A DNA stretch of 55,558 bases, counting the filler, from Squatina squatina (Eukaryota), in assembly GCA_031763465.1 (NCBI GenBank). It is 3 parts of 3 records of this genome, joined end to end, with 100 filler letters (N's around TTAATTAATTAA, not from the genome) between each part and the next. Parts side by side here need not be neighbours in the genome. Positions count along the whole stretch, not along the records: positions 40,273 to 55,558 come from JARFOE010000004.1; 2 more parts are not named here. One strand, 5' to 3'. Of this stretch, positions 49,681-55,558 are shown in pieces. The position numbers and the translations under genes were made by a program. The stretch's first letter is position 1; each line of letters opens with the position of its first letter. A model generated the notes under the pieces. It was not told the origin of the DNA, ran no database searches, and saw only the letters and a program-made list of their open reading frames with translations.

Positions 49681-49968
49681 TGTGTTGGTTGGTTGGGTTA
49701 CTCTTGGAATAATGGAGTCGACACGCTTCATGAACAGTTAACTCTATTATAATACAACATCAGACTAGACTCTGACTTGGGGCCTAGCTGGGACACACAG
49801 CTCTTAGTTGGGACCTCTCACTTCTGGCTCTCCAGGCATAGTCCTCTTGGGCTCAGGGCGGAGTTACAATTATAGGGCACAAAGGCAGGGAAGGGTTACA
49901 ACATCAGGTGACTACCATGGCTGATACAAGTCAAGCTTAACCCTCAATGTCAATACATAACAATACAC
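49681..49968. mobile_element. Possible solo LTR
   Basis: About 290 bp bounded by tgt...aca with LTR-like composition. No internal domains and no target-site duplication verified. Confidence 0.25.
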
Positions 49969-52813
49969 AAAGCAAGTCACTGTGAAATGCAGTTTAAGAG
50001 TTCAATGAGCATAACAGCCACCTGGCTGCTCTGCTCATCACATTTCTTAACTGAAAGGATTGTCTGCTCAATATTTATTCTTTATGTACTAACTTGTATT
50101 TGGTGCAGAGATGCGATTGCAATGCACAAAGGGTCATTACAACACATAGCATCATACAAAGAATTGTTAATACTGTGTAATGGGGTATTGTGGTACAGTA
50201 AGAGGCAGAGAGTAGAGAGAAAACAAGCAAGAGCTGAAATGAATCAACAGATAATGACAATCAGTACCCAAAGAAAGAAGGAAAATTAAATAGACGAACA
50301 TGCCATAAAATCCTTAGCAACTTGTAATATAGCTCATCAGGCTGCAAAATGATCACAGTATTGATCAACCCTGTAAATCGACATATCTAACGCTCATGTG
50401 TAACATTTCTGAAGCCCTGTACATTATGTATGGATGAGCAGTCAGGCTCTCCAGAGGAGATTAATTTCAATTCACCTGGGACTTTCATCTCACTTACCAT
50501 CAAAGACACTTTGCCCACATCAAGCAGACCAATCAAATGCCTTCTTCCTGCGGNNNNNNNNNNNNNNNNNNNNNNNNNNNNNNNNNNNNNNNNNNNNNNN
50601 NNNNNNNNNNNNNNNNNNNNNNNNNNNNNNNNNNNNNNNNNNNNNNNNNNNNNGCCTTGTACCTGTATATATGGCAGCGATGCTAGTCAGTGGAGCATTG
50701 TACAGCACAATGGCTGTGTGTACAACAGGTAACCGCAAAATGACACAACTCATGTCTTGTTCAACAAACAGAAAAGCAATTGTCATTTACCAGAATCTCC
50801 CTGGAAATGGAAGAAGTGCTGTGAAAGGATTAGCCTTTGTAAATCTTTCACACTGTGAGTTAGGAGAACAGTGATCTACAAGAAAGACATAATCAGGATA
50901 TATTAGGACGGTTTGATCCATGTGTCATTAGTACATATGCTTGAAGTTATTTTGTTCATTCCAAACCTAAACCATTGCATTTTACATAGTTAATCTATAA
51001 AACTCAATAAAAACCAACCAGATTTTTATTATTTTTGCCTATTTGATATGAAATGGCAATTAACTCCTTTCACTTGCCAAACTGATCTGGCTACACACAA
51101 TCACTCTGATGAATGCGAGCATGCAATAGCAACTGAGCAGTTAGCAATGCTGCACACAATCACTATGATGAATTAAAATGACTTGAACCACGTTCCTACT
51201 GGTGCTTGTTTAGGTAGGATTCTGGGAAATCAACATCCAGAAGCTAACTCGTGTCATTTATGTTACTAAATCCAACACCTTTACCCTCCCCAGCCATGCC
51301 AATAGATCCAAGCCCAATTAAAAACTGCACCAGTGACTCTGTTGCTGACATAAGGGTGCCAGATTCAGTCACGTAAATGTTGCGAGCTGGCTCACAGATG
51401 TAGCTCTCCTAGAATCTAACCTAAGCTAGCATTTGCGTTAAAGTAGTTTTATTGGTACTAAACTGTTGGTTACAATTATTCTTGGGGAATGCTTACACTG
51501 AGATGCTTAGTTAAATAGTAATGGGTCCTAAGTTGCTGTCAAAATAATGGTGTGGCTAATGGCACTCGCTGTTATTTATGCGTAAACGGCACAGCAACAT
51601 CAGGTGAGGGCAAATGCACGGTTAAACGTAGAAATCAAAGTTGCTGTTCGAGATGCGCCGCTCCATCGTTAGCTTCATGAAAATGGTATCTCACTGCCTG
51701 TCTCACCATTGCAATGCATTGAACGGCGTGAAGTTGCTGCATTTGCACGGTAGATACGAACAAAGCTCGCCACAGAAAGTCAAGCCTTGGCCGTTTCAGT
51801 TTAAGTAATTTTTTAACAACATCACAAGTGTTAATTACTGCCAGTCAACCTCTCTGACGCTGAAAATTAACCTTNNNNNNNNNNNNNNNNNNNNNNNNNN
51901 NNNNNNNNNNNNNNNNNNNNNNNNNNNNNNNNNNNNNNNNNNNNNNNNNNNNNNNNNNNNNNNNNNNNNNNNNNNNNNNNNNNNNNNNNNNNNNNNNNNN
52001 NNNNNNNNNNNNNNNNNNNNNNNNNNNNNNNNNNNNNNNNNNNNNNNNNNNNNNNNNNNNNNNNNNNNNNNNNNNNNNNNNNNNNNNNNNNNNNNNNNNN
52101 NNNNNNNNNNNNNNNNNNNNNNNNNNNNNNNNNNNNNNNNNNNNNNNNNNNNNNNNNNNNNNNNNNNNNNNNNNNNNNNNNNNNNNNNNNNNNNNNNNNN
52201 NNNNNNNNNNNNNNNNNNNNNNNNNNNNNNNNNNNNNNNNNNNNNNNNNNNNNNNNNNNNNNNNNNNNNNNNNNNNNNNNNNNNNNNNNNNNNNNNNNNN
52301 NNNNNNNNNNNNNNNNNNNNNNNNNNNNNNNNNNNNNNNNNNNNNNNNNNNNNNNNNNNNNNNNNNNNNNNNNNNNNNNNNNNNNNNNNNNNNNNNNNNN
52401 NNNNNNNNNNNNNNNNNNNNNNNNNNNNNNNNNNNNNNNNNNNNNNNNNNNNNNNNNNNNNNNNNNNNNNNNNNNNNNNNNNNNNNNNNNNNNNNNNNNN
52501 NNNNNNNNNNNNNNNNNNNNNNNNNNNNNNNNNNNNNNNNNNNNNNNNNNNNNNNNNNNNNNNNNNNNNNNNNNNNNNNNNNNNNNNNNNNNNNNNNNNN
52601 NNNNNNNNNNNNNNNNNNNNNNNNNNNNNNNNNNNNNNNNNNNNNNNNNNNNNNNNNNNNNNNNNNNNNNNNNNNNNNNNNNNNNNNNNNNNNNNNNNNN
52701 NNNNNNNNNNNNNNNNNNNNNNNNNNNNNNNNNNNNNNNNNNNNNNNNNNNNNNNNNNNNNNNNNNNNNNNNNNNNNNNNNNNNNNNNNNNNNNNNNNNN
52801 NNNNNNNNNNNNN

Positions 52814-52982
52814 AGTACATGCCCTTTAGCACTGAAATTAGCATGTTTTTTTAAAGCTGTCAGAATTTTTTTTTCTATGTGTCAAATTGCAGGCCTTAAA
52901 GGGAGATTCCTGAAACCGGAACTTTGCACTCAACAATTCGTCCCTTAGCGCCAGTAACTCAGGGAGGTCGAATTGGCCCCCC
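52814..52982. mobile_element. MITE-like element end, inverted relative to 46326
   Basis: Ends gaattggcccccc followed by taa. Both copies give the MLISVLKG pseudo-ORF, on opposite strands. Confidence 0.7.
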
Positions 52983-53603
52983 TAATTCAATGGAAAGCAA
53001 TTTCACACACAGTAGAGGATGGACCATCACTGAGAGTCACTCAAAAAATTCAAGCTTCATTCAGAATAAGTGAGTTTAACTGTGACAAAACATTGTTTTC
53101 GTCAGTTCATAAATTCTATTTGATTACCTTTGAAGTAATTGCATTTCAGGAATTTATTCAATGGGATCAATTCAATTTTCTTTTGAATGTGGCAATATGG
53201 AGGCAGCATTCTACTTCTCATTGTCTCAGATTATTATTTTAGTAATTTTATTTGTCAGTGCAACGTATAAATGCTAATATTCTTGGTGGCATTGATTTCT
53301 GGTACTTGTTCACACAGGAGCGCTGTAACATTTCTGCTGCAATTTATTTTGCACAAATGCTTGTACTAATCAAAAAATTGCATGTTAGGCCCTTTTAGTA
53401 ATAGTATTATCACCACTCTTTATTTTCTGACAGTTTAACATAGACGTACAAAATCACAAGATAGGTTTAGATGGGGAATAAAAAACCTTCAGCCTATTCA
53501 AACTCATTCTTCCAGAATACCTCACCTTCTCATTAGAGTTTTTGTTTAAATTAATCCAACCTGTTCCAAGTGTCAATCACCCGCCATGCAAAGAAATATT
53601 TCC

Positions 53604-53950
53604 TGGGTGCAGAAATGGGGCTTCTGCTGCGAAGTAACAACAGCAGAGCAGGAGCAGCTCCAAGGAATTTCCCAGACTAAATTTTGGTTATAAGCCAGCT
53701 CTCATTGTGGTATNNNNNNNNNNNNNNNNNNNNNNNNNNNNNNNNNNNNNNNNNNNNNNNNNNNNNNNNNNNNNNNNNNNNNNNNNNNNNNNNNNNNNNN
53801 NNNNNNNNNNNNNTAGGACTCACTGCTTCAAGCGTACTAACAATAAAACATTGGAATTCACTAGGAGCTGCTCCAGCTCTGTGATATAACTTTGTCGGAA
53901 GTGCAGCGGAAACTCGGTGAAATTACAGTGGTGTGGGAAATCTCCAGCCG
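53604..53950. mobile_element. Palindromic MITE-like element spanning a gap
   Basis: cagagcaggagcagctccaaggaatt on the left is mirrored by gaattcactaggagctgctccagctctg on the right. Confidence 0.45.
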
Positions 53951-54469
53951 CAACAAAATTTTGAAGGTATTTCATCAATTTCCTTCTCCCTCACCCTCTC
54001 TTGCTGTTCAGCACCACCCAGGCACTGCCTTCTAGAACCTTACTTTGTGTAGCAGGCAATCCTAGTCTTACACCGCAAACCCTCCAACTGCATTATTATG
54101 TTAATTAATGGAGCTCCTGTTTATTCAGTGGTACATAATAAGAACAAAATAAAATTAAACTTTTGCTTCACAGCATTGTAAGCTATTGGGATGATTTGTG
54201 TACACTAATGGTACCGCTTACTGTTGATTATAGCAGCAACATTTGAATTTGTGTAAATATGGGGAAGTATGGTGAGATTATCATATTGAGCCTTAAAATG
54301 ATGGTCACTGTATTGTTTTTGCTAACTGTAGAAGATCCCTGTTTATTAACTAGGGTAAGTGTTATGATTAATTCTTTTGTCAGGACAATATGATTGCACT
54401 ATCGTATCTAACATCAGATCTAACAATAGCTATATTTCTTCCCTCCTGTCCCAGGCAATTTTCTTCCCA

Positions 54470-54770
54470 CCTCTACTCTTCTCCTGACGGCAATGCTTCC
54501 TCTTGGGATACAGTTCCAGAGATGCCAGTTGCCTCTCAGTACCTGATTCTTCAAATGTCAGCTTACCGAGTGCCTGCGGGCTTTTCAATCACACAGGGTA
54601 TCGCAGCCAAAACCAATCTCCTTCTCACACAATGCACTTCCAGCAGGGGTCGCTGGATAATAATGTAGCATCACGCTGCTGGAATCAGCTAACCCAGCGT
54701 AGTTTGAGGATTAAATCTGGGGCCGTGCTAGTTTGTACAGCTCAGGCATTAACTGCTTTAACCAGCTGCT
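54470..54770 (-). mobile_element. Old tRNA-headed SINE (third family)
   Basis: Reverse strand gcagctggttaaagc...cccagatttaatcctc...gggttagctgattcc. The body resembles 7340-7455 and 21790-21955. Confidence 0.45.
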
Positions 54771-55064
54771 AATAGGAAAATATTTTAATAGAAGACTTTC
54801 ACTGCTGTTATAGATATTGGAATAGAGCCATCTCCCTGGGTTTCTTTTGTTTCTCTTGCTCTCCAATCAGAGAAAAGAAGAAACACATTGCCTGAAACGT
54901 TAATTTGCCACTTCTCTCCACAGGTGCTGGATGTGTGCAACATTTCTTTATTTTGTCTCAACGTCCAGAACCAGGAAGGCTGTGAAGAGAGAAATATAGG
55001 GAAAACTTGATAGGGAAAAGAGGAGAAGAAGAGAAAGGTGAACTACAGGGGATTTGGGGAGGGA

Positions 55065-55558
55065 AGAGACAATTGGCAAATGCAGTTTGATGTAGAGAAG
55101 TGTAAAGTCATGCATCTAGAGATACGGAACAGGCAGAGGAATTACATGATTTATGGGGAAAAATAAATTTATGGCAAGATAGATCAGGAATACAATCTGG
55201 GAGTTAGAAGAGATATATCTCTCAAGACATCATTGACGTTTTCCAGTTAGTAAGGCTCAGGATGTAGAGAATCAATCAAAGCTATTCAAATTGGTACGAG
55301 ACAGTAGGACAGGGAACATGAAGATAAGTTAAGAAGAGATAGATTTGGGCAGAACATTGGGTTTGATTTGGGTTTAAGGGACAGCTTACCAAGGGTGGTT
55401 GTGGGGGCAATTGGTGAGATTTCTTCTTGAACTATTGCTGTCCAAGTGACGAAGTTGCTCCCACAATGCTGTTAGGTGAGGAGTTCCAGGATTTTAATCC
55501 AGCAACAATCAAGGAATGGCAATACATGTCAGGAAAGTGTGTGACTTGCAGGGGAGGT
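55065..55558. mobile_element. Degenerate CR1-group fragments
   Basis: Plus strand WQMQFDVEKCKVMHL at about 55074. A minus-strand CR1-type segment (gagttccaggatttt...gtgtgtgacttg) lies at about 55475-55558. Confidence 0.55.

Noticed and set aside
51867-52844. 325-aa ORF and the many other X-containing ORFs
   Set aside because: Their length comes from N runs translated as X.

Overview
Eukaryotic genomic DNA, most likely from a shark or other chondrichthyan (inferred from dense Deu-domain SacSINE1-like SINEs plus CR1, L2 and Penelope fragments). It comes from a fragmented assembly with many ~100-N gaps. Two artificial linkers (N44-TTAATTAATTAA-N44 at 24276-24375 and 40173-40272) split the window into three probably unrelated scaffolds. 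Scaffold 1 (1-24275) has no exon I can recognise and is repeat-rich intronic or intergenic DNA. Scaffold 2 (24376-40172) has two minus-strand RALGAPA2 exons, one minus-strand RPF1 exon, and several kb of possibly decayed coding DNA I cannot identify. Scaffold 3 (40273-55558) has two minus-strand SLC35F1 exons, a ~37-bp minisatellite, and an inverted pair of MITE-like ends flanking one exon. Most ORFs in the track are spurious or span gaps. I found no CRISPR array, rRNA, genuine tRNA or prokaryotic system, and no convincing new biological system. The best leads are a shared subterminal hairpin across GC-rich element ends and the unidentified decayed ORFs. Gene and repeat names come from recalled sequences, not database searches, and repeat boundaries are approximate.
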